A DNA stretch of 29,346 bases from Vulcanimicrobiota bacterium. Its GTDB lineage: Bacteria > Vulcanimicrobiota > Vulcanimicrobiia > Vulcanimicrobiales > Vulcanimicrobiaceae. The translations under genes were made by a program, and so were the position numbers. The stretch lies in NCBI GenBank assembly GCA_027306845.1, contig DAHUYY010000001.1, positions 1 through 29,346 on the forward strand, in the 5' to 3' direction. Under the pieces are notes generated by a model. It was not told the origin of the DNA. It saw nothing but the letters and a program-made list of their open reading frames with translations, and made no database searches. Numbering within the stretch: the first letter of the stretch is position 1; the number at the start of each line of letters is the position of its first letter. Below are positions 1 through 9,447 of the stretch, piece by piece.

Positions 1-371
1 TAGACCCGATCGCGCACGCTCTCCGCGGCACGACGCTGCACGTCGGAGAGGCCGCCGCGCAATTTCTCGAGCGCGCGCTCGCCCTTTCCTCCGAGCCCTA
101 AATCCGCGACCAGCGACGACCCGGCGATGAAGAGCGCCTGGATTTCCTCATCGCCGAACTGCAGCAAAGCCCGGCGATAGCCCTCGCTTAAGGCGATGCC
201 GCCGTTAGCACCACGTTCGGCGAAGACCGGCACGCCGGCGGCGGCGAGCGAATCGACATCGCGATAGACCGTGCGCTCGGAGATCTCCAATTTCGCTGCG
301 AGTTCGCGAGCCGTGCAGCGCGGCCGCGCCTGGAGCAGCAGCAGTAATTCGAGGAGTCGATCGGCCTTCAC
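1..371 (-). CDS. YafY-family HTH transcriptional regulator (HTH_11, probably with a WYL domain beyond the window edge); partial, runs off the left end
   Basis: Not in the ORF track because it has no stop in the window. Manual translation from GTG at 371 (alternative GTG at 374): MKADRLLELLLLLQARPRCTARELAAKLEISERTVYRDVDSLAAAGVPVFAERGANGGIALSEGYRRALLQFGDEEIQALF..., the typical YafY N-terminus (ELA..LEVS.RT.YRD...L...G.P......GG..L). Confidence 0.9.
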   Translation of the reverse strand, partial: MKADRLLELLLLLQARPRCTARELAAKLEISERTVYRDVDSLAAAGVPVFAERGANGGIALSEGYRRALLQFGDEEIQALFIAGSSLVADLGLGGKGERALEKLRGGLSDVQRRAAESVRDRV

Positions 372-390
372 CACGGTAGATTTGCAAATA

Positions 391-405
391 TGACAGTATC
401 TGTCA
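391..405. promoter_or_regulatory. Palindromic operator candidate TGACAG-TAT-CTGTCA
   Basis: Perfect 6-bp inverted repeat with a 3-nt spacer in the 86-bp gap between the divergent regulator and VOC genes. Confidence 0.7.
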
Positions 406-457
406 AGTATCGCCGGCTACGATAGCCCGCAGTTACCACGCTGAAGGAGAACGACCC

Positions 458-823
458 ATGGAAACGACCTCATCGATCGTTCGCGCAACCGGAATCGATT
501 GCGTGTGCTATCTCGCAAAAGATTTCAATCGCGCGAAGTCCTTTTACACCGACGTGCTCGGCTTACGTGCCGTGCAAGAGAGCGAGAGCTGGACCGAATT
601 CGAGCTCGCCGACGGCTCCGCGTTCGCGATCGCGCATATGCCCGATAAATGGTATCCCGGTGGTGGAACGATGTTCGCCGTTTCCGATATTGAAGCTGCT
701 CTCGCACAGGTTCGCGCTTCGGGCGTTACGATCTTAAGCGAGATTCAGGATTATCCGCCCTGTCGAACGGTCTGGTGCTCCGATACCGAGGGTAATATCT
801 TCGCCCTGCACCAGCGTCGTTAG
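458..823 (+). CDS. VOC family (glyoxalase/bleomycin-resistance-like) protein
   Basis: 121 aa; D.nrAksFYtdVLGL, C-terminal DTEGNIFAL motif; AAGGAG RBS upstream of the ATG. Confidence 0.88.
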   Translation: METTSSIVRATGIDCVCYLAKDFNRAKSFYTDVLGLRAVQESESWTEFELADGSAFAIAHMPDKWYPGGGTMFAVSDIEAALAQVRASGVTILSEIQDYPPCRTVWCSDTEGNIFALHQRR

Positions 824-1466
824 GAAACCCCTTCCCGCACGTCGCGCTTCGGTCGATTCCGGAGACGATTCCAGAGCGCAACCACCAGGCGGCCGCCTCC
901 GCCGTAGCCCACGACCATCGCAAGCGGGACCAACGAGAGCTATGCGGGGCCCCTCGTTGCCGCCCAATACGTGCCGATCGATAAGAGCAGCGCGGAGAGC
1001 AACGCGGACGCGATGACCCTGACGATCCGCGCTCTTCCCGCATCGTCGAGAAAGGCGCCTCGACGACGATAGCTGCGCGTCGTCATCGCGGCACTCAGCA
1101 CGAAATTTATTGCCAAGGTGGCAAAATATAACTCCGTGCCGATGACGCTATCGCTTAATGTCGCCGCATGAGCGCTGATCTGCATGAAGTAGGTCAATAG
1201 TGCGACGGTGGCGAGCCACGAAAATTTATCAGGATGTTTATCGTATCGGGATAGAAGACGACGCGAAAGATCCGATAGTGCGACCACCACATGAGCGCGA
1301 CGATGGAAAAGGTAAAGAGATAATAGAGAAACCAAGAGGGATTGCTTACCAGCGCGATCGCGTGGCTCGGTATCACCAGCCCGAACGTGAGCTCGGCGAG
1401 GCTGAAGCCGATGACGATATCGCAAAAGGCTTCGAGCCGATGGACGAGATGTTCGTCGCGCTCCAT
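820..1466 (-). pseudogene. TMEM175/DUF1211-family channel, disrupted by a 1-nt frameshift (~1221-1224) and an in-frame TAG (940-942)
   Basis: N-terminal ORF has RLEAFCDIVIGFSLA and Y.FTF.IVALMWWSHYRIF (TMEM175 signature); hydrophobic sequence continues in another frame (SWLATVALLTYFMQ...) and again past the TAG (LSLVPLAMVVG...) to TAA at 820-822. The repaired length would be about 215 aa. Confidence 0.8.
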
Positions 1467-1470
1467 AATC

Positions 1471-1860
1471 TTAAAGCGCGGCGTCGCCTAAAAGCGCGCG
1501 CGCCCGTTCGTTATTGTCGGTGCTAATTGCGACGACGGCGAAGCCCTCGTCGCGCCGGACGTGATGGAGCGAACGAATATTACTCTCCGCATCGCCGAGC
1601 CGTCGCGAGACGCCGGCGAGCGCACCGGGGCGATCTTCGATCCGCGCGAGCAGCACGTCGTCGGTCACGGCGGGGTGCCCCGCATCGGCGAGCGCGGCGA
1701 GCGCCTCACTTTCGCGTTCGACTTCGAGCCGAACCAGCGCCGCACTGCCGTGCGATTCAACGACAATCGCATGAATATCGACCCCGCGAGCGGCCAGCAC
1801 CTCGGTGATCTCCGCCAACAGCCCCGGCCGATTCGGGACGATCGCTCTCAGGCTTTGCAT
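1471..1860 (-). CDS. Tandem ACT-domain protein
   Basis: 129 aa with two ACT signatures (NRPGLLAEITEVLAARGVDI and DRPGALAGVSRRLGDAESNI); AGGAGG RBS inside the end of the upstream gene; 13-nt overlap with it. Confidence 0.88.
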   Translation of the reverse strand: MQSLRAIVPNRPGLLAEITEVLAARGVDIHAIVVESHGSAALVRLEVERESEALAALADAGHPAVTDDVLLARIEDRPGALAGVSRRLGDAESNIRSLHHVRRDEGFAVVAISTDNNERARALLGDAAL

Positions 1861-2972
1861 GCATCCTCCTTCTCGCGCGATGTGGCGAGTTCGGCGACGA
1901 ACGCATCGATCTGCTCGCGCCCCACATTCGGCAACACTAAGACGTGCGAAATATCACCGGCGGTGGCGAGTTGCCAACGTCGCTGCAACTCCGGGGAGAC
2001 CCGCGGCAGCACCACCGTGATGGCGTTCGGGTTGCGCCAGGCCGGCACCCCGATCCCGACGAGCCGTTCCACCAGATACTGCGCGTTTGCTAACGAACGG
2101 GCGAGCCGCTCTCGGAGCCCGGATTCACCGAGCTGCTGCAGGCGATACCACAGCATGAGCGGGGAGAAGCCGCTTCGCGAGCCGGTGATCGTGGTGTCGA
2201 GGCTACCGATATAGTCGATCGTCCGCGCGATGCGCTGAACGTTGTGCTTGCGCGCGATAACGATGCCGCAGGGGATCGGTGCGCCCAAAAACTTGTGCCC
2301 GCTAATGGCGACGGAATCGGCGCCGTCGGCGAAATCCCATGCCGGTCGCGGCTCGAGATAGGCGGCGTATCCACCGGCGAGCGCGGCATCGGAATGAATG
2401 TACCGCTCGCGGATCGCCATGCGATCCATCATCGCGGCAATGCGCCCGATATCGTCGCGCGCCTCCGTCATCGTCGTGCCGATATTGGCAAATATAATCG
2501 GCGGTCGGTCGCGATGAATTTTGAGCGTTTCGAGGAGATCGTCGTAATCGATCTCGCCATTGCTTTGCGAGCGGATCGTAATATGCCGCATTCCCAAGAA
2601 ATGTAGGTTTTTCGCAACGCTGTAGTGGGTCGCTTCGGAATAGTACACGATGCCGTCGGGGTGGAGTTCGCGCGCCAAATAGAGCCCGTAGAGATTACCC
2701 TCGGTGCCGCCGTTGGTCACATATCCCCACCAATCATCCTGCGGCGCCCGCGTCGCCGCGGCGAAGAACGCGACGACCTCCCGTTCGCACTCGCGCGTAT
2801 GGACTCGATAGGTGCCTTGAGCGAACGGATCGCCGATGTTGTTGATCGGGAACGCCATGAAGCGCTCGATCTCGGAGTAATCGAAGTCCTTTGCAGCCGG
2901 GTAGCCGAGCGAATCTTCATTCGCCGACTTCAGCTCCTCAAATAACCGATCGAGGCGTTCCATCAGGGACAT
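1848..2972 (-). CDS. PLP-dependent group II decarboxylase, histidine/serine decarboxylase family
   Basis: 374 aa; GYVTNGGTEGN, THYSVAK, HSDAAL, PLP-lysine motif SGHKFLGAPIPCG, TITGSRSG. Substrate not established. Confidence 0.88.
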   Translation of the reverse strand: MSLMERLDRLFEELKSANEDSLGYPAAKDFDYSEIERFMAFPINNIGDPFAQGTYRVHTRECEREVVAFFAAATRAPQDDWWGYVTNGGTEGNLYGLYLARELHPDGIVYYSEATHYSVAKNLHFLGMRHITIRSQSNGEIDYDDLLETLKIHRDRPPIIFANIGTTMTEARDDIGRIAAMMDRMAIRERYIHSDAALAGGYAAYLEPRPAWDFADGADSVAISGHKFLGAPIPCGIVIARKHNVQRIARTIDYIGSLDTTITGSRSGFSPLMLWYRLQQLGESGLRERLARSLANAQYLVERLVGIGVPAWRNPNAITVVLPRVSPELQRRWQLATAGDISHVLVLPNVGREQIDAFVAELATSREKEDACKA

Positions 2973-3013
2973 GCGACGAACCCTAGCCTGCCGAGCCTTG
3001 CGCTATGCCGCGC

Positions 3014-5767
3014 TTAGCTCTTCGAAGCCGCACGTAGTTGACGCAGCACGTACTGGAGAATTCCGCCGTGCCGATAATACTCCGCCTCATCGGGGGTATC
3101 GATGCGCACGCGGGCCTTAAAATGCACCGACTTGCCGCTTTGCGGATCGGTCGCCTTCACCTGGACCTCCATGCGCGGCTTCACTCCCCCGGAGATGCCG
3201 AGAATTTCAACGATCTCTTCGCCGCTTAATGCATAGCTGCCGGCGTTTTCTCCGTTGATAAATTCAAGCGGCAGTACGCCCATACCGATGAGGTTGCTGC
3301 GATGGATGCGCTCGAACGATTCGGCGATGACCGCGCGCACGCCAAGCAACGCCGGGCCCTTCGCCGCCCAATCGCGCGAGGAACCCGAACCGTATTCTTT
3401 ACCGGCGATTATGACCAACGGCGTTCCGTCTTTCTTGTAACGCATCGCGGCATCGAAAATCGACATCTGCTCGCCGTTCGGTAGGTAGCGCGTCACGCCG
3501 CCCTCGACGCCGGGAACCAAAGCGTTGCGCAAGCGAATGTTCGCAAACGTACCGCGCATCATCACTTCGTGGTTGCCGCGACGCGCGCCGTAGGAGTTGA
3601 AATCCGCCGGCTCGATGCCGCGTTCGACGAGATATTTCGCCGCCGGTGAGTTCTTCGCAATCGATCCCGCCGGAGAGATATGATCGGTGGTGACCGAGTC
3701 GCCGAGGACCGCGAGCACGCGCGCGCCGACGATATCGGTTGTCGCACCCGGCTCGGCGGGCATGCCGTCGAAATACGGAGGGTTCTTAACGTACTCCGAT
3801 TTCGGATCCCAGGCGTACCGTTCGCTTGCAGCGACGGCGAGGTTCGCCCAATTCGCGTCGCCGCGGAAGACGTCGGCGTAGCGCGATTTGAACATTTCGT
3901 CGGTGACGCATTGTGTGACGACGCGCGCGACCTCTTCGTTCGAAGGCCAAATATCGCGCAGATAGACGGGTTTCCCGTCGCTTCCCGTGCCGAGCGGCTC
4001 GTTCGTGAGATCGATATCGAGCCGGCCCGCCAACGCATACGCAACGACCAGCGGCGGCGAGGCGAGATAGTTCGCCCGCACCTGCGCGTGGATGCGCCCT
4101 TCAAAATTGCGATTACCCGAGAGCACCGCGCCGACAAAGAGATTGCGCTCCGAGATCGCCTCGCTGACCTCGGTCGGCAGAGGCCCCGAGTTGCCGATAC
4201 AGGTCGTGCAACCGTAGCCGACGAGATTGAACCCAAGCGCGTCGAGCGAGCGCTGGAGATCGGCCTTCGCTAAATAATCGGTTACGACTTTGCTTCCCGG
4301 CGCGAGCGAGGTTTTCACCCACGGTTTCTGCTTGAGCCCGCGCTCCACGGCGCGTTTTGCAAGCAATCCGGCCGCGACGAGCACCGAGGGATTACTGGTA
4401 TTGGTGCAACTGGTAATCGCCGCGATGACGACCGACCCGTCGGCGAGTTCGGCCGGCCCTTCGGCGAGCGCGACGCCGCCGTTTCCGCCCTCGTTCTGCA
4501 TCCGTTCGGCACCGCGATTCGCAGGCGTGCGCGTCTTCGCATACTCGGCAAATGCGTCGTTAAAAGACGATTTCACGTCGCCGAGACGGACGCGGTCCTG
4601 CGGACGGCGCGGGCCGGCGAGGCTCGGTTCGACGGTGCCGAGATCGAGCACCAGCGTATCGCTATACTGCGGCTCGGGTGCGTCGTCGGTGCGGAAGAGT
4701 CCCTGCGCGCGCGCGTAGGCTTCGACTAGCGCGATATGTTCGGGCGCGCGCCCCGTGAGCCGCATATATTCCAGCGTCCGATCGTCGATGGGAAACATCG
4801 CAACCGTCGAACCGAACTCCGGCGACATGTTGCCGATCGTCGTCCGGTCGGCGACCGGCAGTCGGCTTAAACCCGTCCCGTAAAACTCGACGAACTTCCC
4901 GACGACGCCCTTCTTACGAAGCATCTGCGTTACCGTCAGCACTAAATCCGTTGCCGTGACGCCTTCGCGAAGCGCACCTTCGAGTTTGAAACCGATAACT
5001 TCCGGAATCAACATCGTCACCGGCTGCCCCAACATCGCGGCTTCGGCCTCGATCCCACCGACGCCGAAGGCAAGAACCCCTAATCCGTCGACCATCGTCG
5101 TGTGCGAATCGGTGCCGACCGCGCTATCGGGGTAGGCCACGGCAGTCGCCGGATCGTAGGCAACCCCGGCTCCGCCGGCTCCGAAAATGACGCGCGCGAG
5201 ATATTCGATGTTGACTTGATGGACGATGCCGGTATCCGGCGGAACGGCGCGGAAATTCGCGAGCGCGGATTGCCCCCACTTCAAGAATGCGTAGCGTTCG
5301 CGATTGCGCTCGAATTCGATCTCGGCATTGCGATCCGCTGCATCGGCAGTACCGAAGCGATCGACCTGTACCGAGTGGTCGATGACGAGTTCGACCGGCT
5401 GCAACGGGTTAATCGCGTTGGGGTCGCCACCCATCGCCGCCATCGCATCGCGCATCGCGGCGAGATCGACGACGCACGGAACGCCGGTAAAATCTTGTAA
5501 GAGCACGCGAGCCGGGCGAAACGCGATCTCTTTTTCGGAGTGCGTACGCGGGCTCCAGCGAGCGAGCGCTTCGATATCGGCTTTCGTTACCGAACGGCCG
5601 TCTTCAAAACGCAGAAGATTCTCTAAAAGAATCTTGATCGAATAGGGTAACGTCGCGAGATCGGCGAGCCCCGCTTCATGCAATGCGGCGAGGCGGTAAT
5701 AGGTGTAGGATCGGTCGTCGACGCGCAGCGTGCCGACGGCGTTAAAGCTTGATTTTTGAGCGCTCAT
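3014..5767 (-). CDS. acnA: Aconitate hydratase AcnA
   Basis: 917 aa; [23 protein letters not shown] and [10 protein letters not shown] (three Fe-S Cys), [22 protein letters not shown]. Confidence 0.97.
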   Translation of the reverse strand: MSAQKSSFNAVGTLRVDDRSYTYYRLAALHEAGLADLATLPYSIKILLENLLRFEDGRSVTKADIEALARWSPRTHSEKEIAFRPARVLLQDFTGVPCVVDLAAMRDAMAAMGGDPNAINPLQPVELVIDHSVQVDRFGTADAADRNAEIEFERNRERYAFLKWGQSALANFRAVPPDTGIVHQVNIEYLARVIFGAGGAGVAYDPATAVAYPDSAVGTDSHTTMVDGLGVLAFGVGGIEAEAAMLGQPVTMLIPEVIGFKLEGALREGVTATDLVLTVTQMLRKKGVVGKFVEFYGTGLSRLPVADRTTIGNMSPEFGSTVAMFPIDDRTLEYMRLTGRAPEHIALVEAYARAQGLFRTDDAPEPQYSDTLVLDLGTVEPSLAGPRRPQDRVRLGDVKSSFNDAFAEYAKTRTPANRGAERMQNEGGNGGVALAEGPAELADGSVVIAAITSCTNTSNPSVLVAAGLLAKRAVERGLKQKPWVKTSLAPGSKVVTDYLAKADLQRSLDALGFNLVGYGCTTCIGNSGPLPTEVSEAISERNLFVGAVLSGNRNFEGRIHAQVRANYLASPPLVVAYALAGRLDIDLTNEPLGTGSDGKPVYLRDIWPSNEEVARVVTQCVTDEMFKSRYADVFRGDANWANLAVAASERYAWDPKSEYVKNPPYFDGMPAEPGATTDIVGARVLAVLGDSVTTDHISPAGSIAKNSPAAKYLVERGIEPADFNSYGARRGNHEVMMRGTFANIRLRNALVPGVEGGVTRYLPNGEQMSIFDAAMRYKKDGTPLVIIAGKEYGSGSSRDWAAKGPALLGVRAVIAESFERIHRSNLIGMGVLPLEFINGENAGSYALSGEEIVEILGISGGVKPRMEVQVKATDPQSGKSVHFKARVRIDTPDEAEYYRHGGILQYVLRQLRAASKS

Positions 5768-6939
5768 GATACGAGCGTTACTTTCGGCTCCCCTTTTGCA
5801 TAGCCCTCGACGACAATTCGCGTGTCACCCGACAAAAGTCTCCATAATGGCTCGACCACGAGCGCGGTACGCCATGCCGAGAGCCCGAGCAGCTCGCCGA
5901 GTTCCTCGGCGCTCGCGGGTGCTTCGCGTGCGGCGCGCTCGAGAGCGGCACGCGTCACCAGGAGCCCCTGCGGCAAGCCGGCGTCGCGGGCGGCCTCGCC
6001 GACGGCGACCCCCAGCAGCGTCGCGAGCGTCTCGCGATCGGAGCCGAGCGGCCGGTGCGGGCGTTCGGGCAATTCGTCCTCTGGGATCGCTTCGCCGCGC
6101 TCGACCGCCGCGAGAAAACGCATGCCGAAATTCCTTCGCGCGTTGCTCTCCAAGCGTCGCAATTGCGCGAGATCGTCGAGATGTTTCGGGCGTAATTGTG
6201 CGATACCGCCGACGACATCGTCGGGGACCACGAACTTCGGTGGAATGTCACGTTCTTTCGCTATTGCGTCGCGTTCGGCGACGACTTCGGCGAGAACGCC
6301 GAGTTCGCGTCGGTTCATGCGCACCGCACCGGGAATTTTCATATACGCGCGCCGCAGATCGAAACGATATTTTTCGGGATTCGCTAACGCGATGCATTCT
6401 TGTTCGCACCACGATTCGCGCCCCCGTTCGCTCAATTTTTGCTGCAATGCATCGTGCATGGGGAGCAAGTGAATGACGTCGTCAACAAGATATTCCATCT
6501 GCTTCTCGCTCAACGGTCGCGTCGACCAATCGCTGACGGTCTGCGTCTTTGCGAGCCGAACTCCAACGAGATCGCGCACGAGATCGGCGAGCGATATCTG
6601 CATGCCGTAACCGAGAAACGAAGCCGCGACCTGCGTATCGAAGAGCTTCGGCGGTACGCTTCCGAAACGCTCGGCGAAGATCTTGAGATCGCTTTGCAGT
6701 GCGTGGCCGACAACGGTGATGCGTTCGAGAGCGGCAACGAGCGGTTGCAAATCGATCCCCGGCGCGAGCGGATCGACGATCGCCGTGTATCCCGGCAGCG
6801 CGAGTTGCAACACCATCAAACGCGGGGCGTAACTGCGCTCGGCATGGAATTCCGTATCGAGCCCAACCCGTTCGCTGCCCTCGAGGCGCGCGCAAAGAGC
6901 GGCGATGCCGGCGGCGTCGACGATGAGTTCGTTCGTCAC
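5764..6939 (-). CDS. rnd: Ribonuclease D (DEDD 3'-5' exonuclease plus HRDC)
   Basis: 391 aa; [34 protein letters not shown] and an HRDC-like C-terminal half; ATGA overlap with acnA. Confidence 0.9.
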   Translation of the reverse strand: MTNELIVDAAGIAALCARLEGSERVGLDTEFHAERSYAPRLMVLQLALPGYTAIVDPLAPGIDLQPLVAALERITVVGHALQSDLKIFAERFGSVPPKLFDTQVAASFLGYGMQISLADLVRDLVGVRLAKTQTVSDWSTRPLSEKQMEYLVDDVIHLLPMHDALQQKLSERGRESWCEQECIALANPEKYRFDLRRAYMKIPGAVRMNRRELGVLAEVVAERDAIAKERDIPPKFVVPDDVVGGIAQLRPKHLDDLAQLRRLESNARRNFGMRFLAAVERGEAIPEDELPERPHRPLGSDRETLATLLGVAVGEAARDAGLPQGLLVTRAALERAAREAPASAEELGELLGLSAWRTALVVEPLWRLLSGDTRIVVEGYAKGEPKVTLVS

Positions 6940-7667
6940 GGGGTTGCAATCGGCGAAGGCGGAGGCGTCGAAGGAAGCGGCGTCGGTCGAACGCGCCGGA
7001 AGTGAATGTGGAACGGGTGAGCGTGCTTATCGATATACACTTTGGCCCGACGTTCGTAACGTCGCATCGCATTCCCCGCGCGGCGTTCGTACCCGTGCAC
7101 CAGGATCGTCACGCGATCTCCGCCGATCGCCAGCAGCGTGCAGATGGGGATCGCGACGGCGCACATCGTGTAGATCTGCCGGATGAGCGGGACGCGCATC
7201 ACCGCCGCCGTTGCGGTGGCAACGGTCCCGCCGAAACCCGGAATCACGCGAACGCAGATGAGAAACATCGGCGATCCCGGCTTAAAGCGCCGAGTCCACG
7301 CGGGCAGACGTTTGAGATAGGCATCGAGATCGAGCAGGTGGGTGGCGTGCCGGTTCACCCAATATCCCAACATGGCCGCAAGGACGAGCCCGACCGCGTT
7401 GATGACCGAACCCCAGAGCGGCCCGAAGATCGCGCCGTTCATCACGGCCAGGGCGTCGGTCACCGAGAACGGCGCCGAGGCGACGATTGCAAAGACGATC
7501 GTCGCCATCGGATAGGCCCAGCCGCCGATCGACCGGATAAAGCGATCGACCTCCGGTTGGTACCGAATGACGAGGGCCGCCAGGGTGAACGAGAGCAGCA
7601 ACAGGGCGATACCCCCGACTTTGCGCAGAAGGCGTGGCCGCTCGCTCGAATCGGAAGTCGCGCTCAT
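6936..7667 (-). CDS. VTT/DedA (TVP38-like) membrane protein
   Basis: 243 aa, several TM helices, G..FG..WG..IN..G..L...LGY and RVIPGF motifs; His/Pro-rich tail; ATGA overlap with rnd. Confidence 0.8.
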   Translation of the reverse strand: MSATSDSSERPRLLRKVGGIALLLLSFTLAALVIRYQPEVDRFIRSIGGWAYPMATIVFAIVASAPFSVTDALAVMNGAIFGPLWGSVINAVGLVLAAMLGYWVNRHATHLLDLDAYLKRLPAWTRRFKPGSPMFLICVRVIPGFGGTVATATAAVMRVPLIRQIYTMCAVAIPICTLLAIGGDRVTILVHGYERRAGNAMRRYERRAKVYIDKHAHPFHIHFRRVRPTPLPSTPPPSPIATP

Positions 7668-7768
7668 CCCGCCCTAATGCGCGCTCGGAGCTGCTCTCTC
7701 CCTGTCGATCCGCCGCCGATTGCCGTGCCCGGAAGGCGCGCATGCGAAGATCGGATAACGGGAGCCGA

Positions 7769-8680
7769 ATGAGACGCCGATCCTTCCTTTTCGTCGCGCT
7801 CGCACTCGTCGGCTCGATGCCCAGCGTGCTCTCGGCCTCGCCGAAGAACCTACGTATCGCGTACGCAGGCTCGATGGGTGCGGTGATGGATCGCGCGCTC
7901 GGGCCGCAATTTGCACGGAGCACGGGCGTCGGTTACCAAGGAATCGGGGCCGGCGCATACGGATTGGCGCACCTTCTTGCATCGGGGCGCCTGCAAGCCG
8001 ATCTCTTCATTTCGATCACGCCGGGGCCGATCCGCATTTTGCAGCGCGCCGGGCTCGTTTCGCGCGCCTTTCCCATCGCTCGCACGCAGATGGTGATCGC
8101 CTACAGCCCGAAAAGCCGCTTCGCGCGAGAACTCGATGCTGCCGCGCGTGGCAGCATCGCCTGGTGGCGCGTGCTTGAAATGCCCGGCCTGCGCTTCGGG
8201 AGAACCGACCCCGCGACCGACCCGCAAGGGCAGAGCATTCTCTTCACCATGCAACTCGCCGCATCGTATTATCGCCAACCCGATCTCGCGAAACGCATTC
8301 TCGGCTCCGCGAGCAATCCCGAACAAATTTTCACCGAGGCCTCGCTTTTGAGTCGGCTTGAAAGCGGCGAGATCGATGCATCGTCGGGATACGAGAGTGC
8401 GGTGCGCTCGCTCCATCTACCGTTTATCGGGCTCCCTCCGGAGATCGATCTTGGGGATCCGGCGTTCGCAGGCCGGTACGCGCGCGCGACGATCCGCACC
8501 AAGATGCACGGGAAGATGGAGACGATCCATCCCCAACCGCTGGTCTTCTATGCCGCGGTATTAAAAAACGCCGCCGATCCAAACGCTGCGCGCGCGTTCA
8601 TCGCCTTCGTGCGTTCGCCCCGCGGCGAGGCAATTCTACGCCGGTTCGGGTACCAACGGCCGCTCGGCCGACCGCTCTGA
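7769..8680 (+). CDS. Tungstate/molybdate ABC transporter substrate-binding protein (WtpA/ModA-like)
   Basis: YAGSM, GRTDPATDPQG, G.IDA...YES motifs. Start moved from the track's 7634 to ATG 7769, which gives a twin-arginine-like leader MRRRSFLFVALAL (303 aa). Confidence 0.8.
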   Translation: MRRRSFLFVALALVGSMPSVLSASPKNLRIAYAGSMGAVMDRALGPQFARSTGVGYQGIGAGAYGLAHLLASGRLQADLFISITPGPIRILQRAGLVSRAFPIARTQMVIAYSPKSRFARELDAAARGSIAWWRVLEMPGLRFGRTDPATDPQGQSILFTMQLAASYYRQPDLAKRILGSASNPEQIFTEASLLSRLESGEIDASSGYESAVRSLHLPFIGLPPEIDLGDPAFAGRYARATIRTKMHGKMETIHPQPLVFYAAVLKNAADPNAARAFIAFVRSPRGEAILRRFGYQRPLGRPL

Positions 8681-9447
8681 TGGCGCGACGCCGACCGCGG
8701 GAATCATGGTGGCTCGCAATTCCCGCGCTGTTGTTTCTGATTGCGCCCTTTTTCGCGCTGGTTTTCGCGACGCGGTGGACGCATTTTTCGCTCGATCCCG
8801 GCGACTGGTCGGCGATCGGCGTCTCGCTGGGATACGGCGCCTGTGCGATGCTCGTGGTCGTCGCGCTCGGAACGCCGTTTGCTTGGTGGCTCGCGCGCAC
8901 GCATTTCCCCGCGCGGTGGGTCGCCGATGCAATCGTGCTGTTGCCGCTGCTCTCACCGCCGCTCGCATTGGGAATCGTTCTGGAGACGCTCTACGGGCCA
9001 TACGGCGCGGCTGGTGCGCCGCTGGCGCGGCTCGGGTTACTGCTGACGAATTCCGCCCCCGCGTTCGTCCTTGCACTGACGTATGGTGCATTGCCGTTTT
9101 TCATCGTGCTCGCACGCGCGGCATTCGAAGGGGTCTCCCCGGAGTACGAAGCGCTCGCGCGGACGTTAGGTAAATCACAGCCCGCGATCTTCTTTACCGT
9201 TACTCTTCCGCTCGCACGCGTCGGCTTAGGTGCGGCACTCGCCATCGCGTGGGTACGAGCGCTCGGAGAGTTCGGCATCTGCCTCATCGTTGCGTATTTC
9301 CCAATGGGCATACCGGTGCGACTCTGGGTGAATCTGCAAGATGTCGGGCTCGGCGCGGTCTTCCCGCTGCTCTGGATCTTTTATCTGGTCGCGCTTCCAC
9401 TGCCGCTCTGGCTCGGGTTGCGCGCGCAACGGAGAAGCGTCGCATGA
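8680..9447 (+). CDS. Molybdate/tungstate ABC transporter permease (ModB/WtpB-like)
   Basis: 255 aa; LPLLSPP.ALG, EAA-like loop YEALARTLG, WVRALGEFG. Confidence 0.88.
   Translation: MARRRPRESWWLAIPALLFLIAPFFALVFATRWTHFSLDPGDWSAIGVSLGYGACAMLVVVALGTPFAWWLARTHFPARWVADAIVLLPLLSPPLALGIVLETLYGPYGAAGAPLARLGLLLTNSAPAFVLALTYGALPFFIVLARAAFEGVSPEYEALARTLGKSQPAIFFTVTLPLARVGLGAALAIAWVRALGEFGICLIVAYFPMGIPVRLWVNLQDVGLGAVFPLLWIFYLVALPLPLWLGLRAQRRSVA

Noticed and set aside
1848-2972. Decarboxylase and EgtD-like enzyme as one histidine/histamine pathway
   Set aside because: They are 25 kb apart, and the EgtD homologue retains the residues I associate with carboxylate binding; there is no direct evidence for linkage.
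7668-7768. Moco/tungsten riboswitch or ModE box ahead of the Mo/W transporter; 8-bp inverted repeat ATGCGCGC/GCGCGCAT (7677-7684, 7736-7743)
   Set aside because: No recognisable riboswitch or ModE consensus; the gap is only ~100 nt and GCGCGC words are common at this GC content. An Infernal/Rfam scan would settle it.
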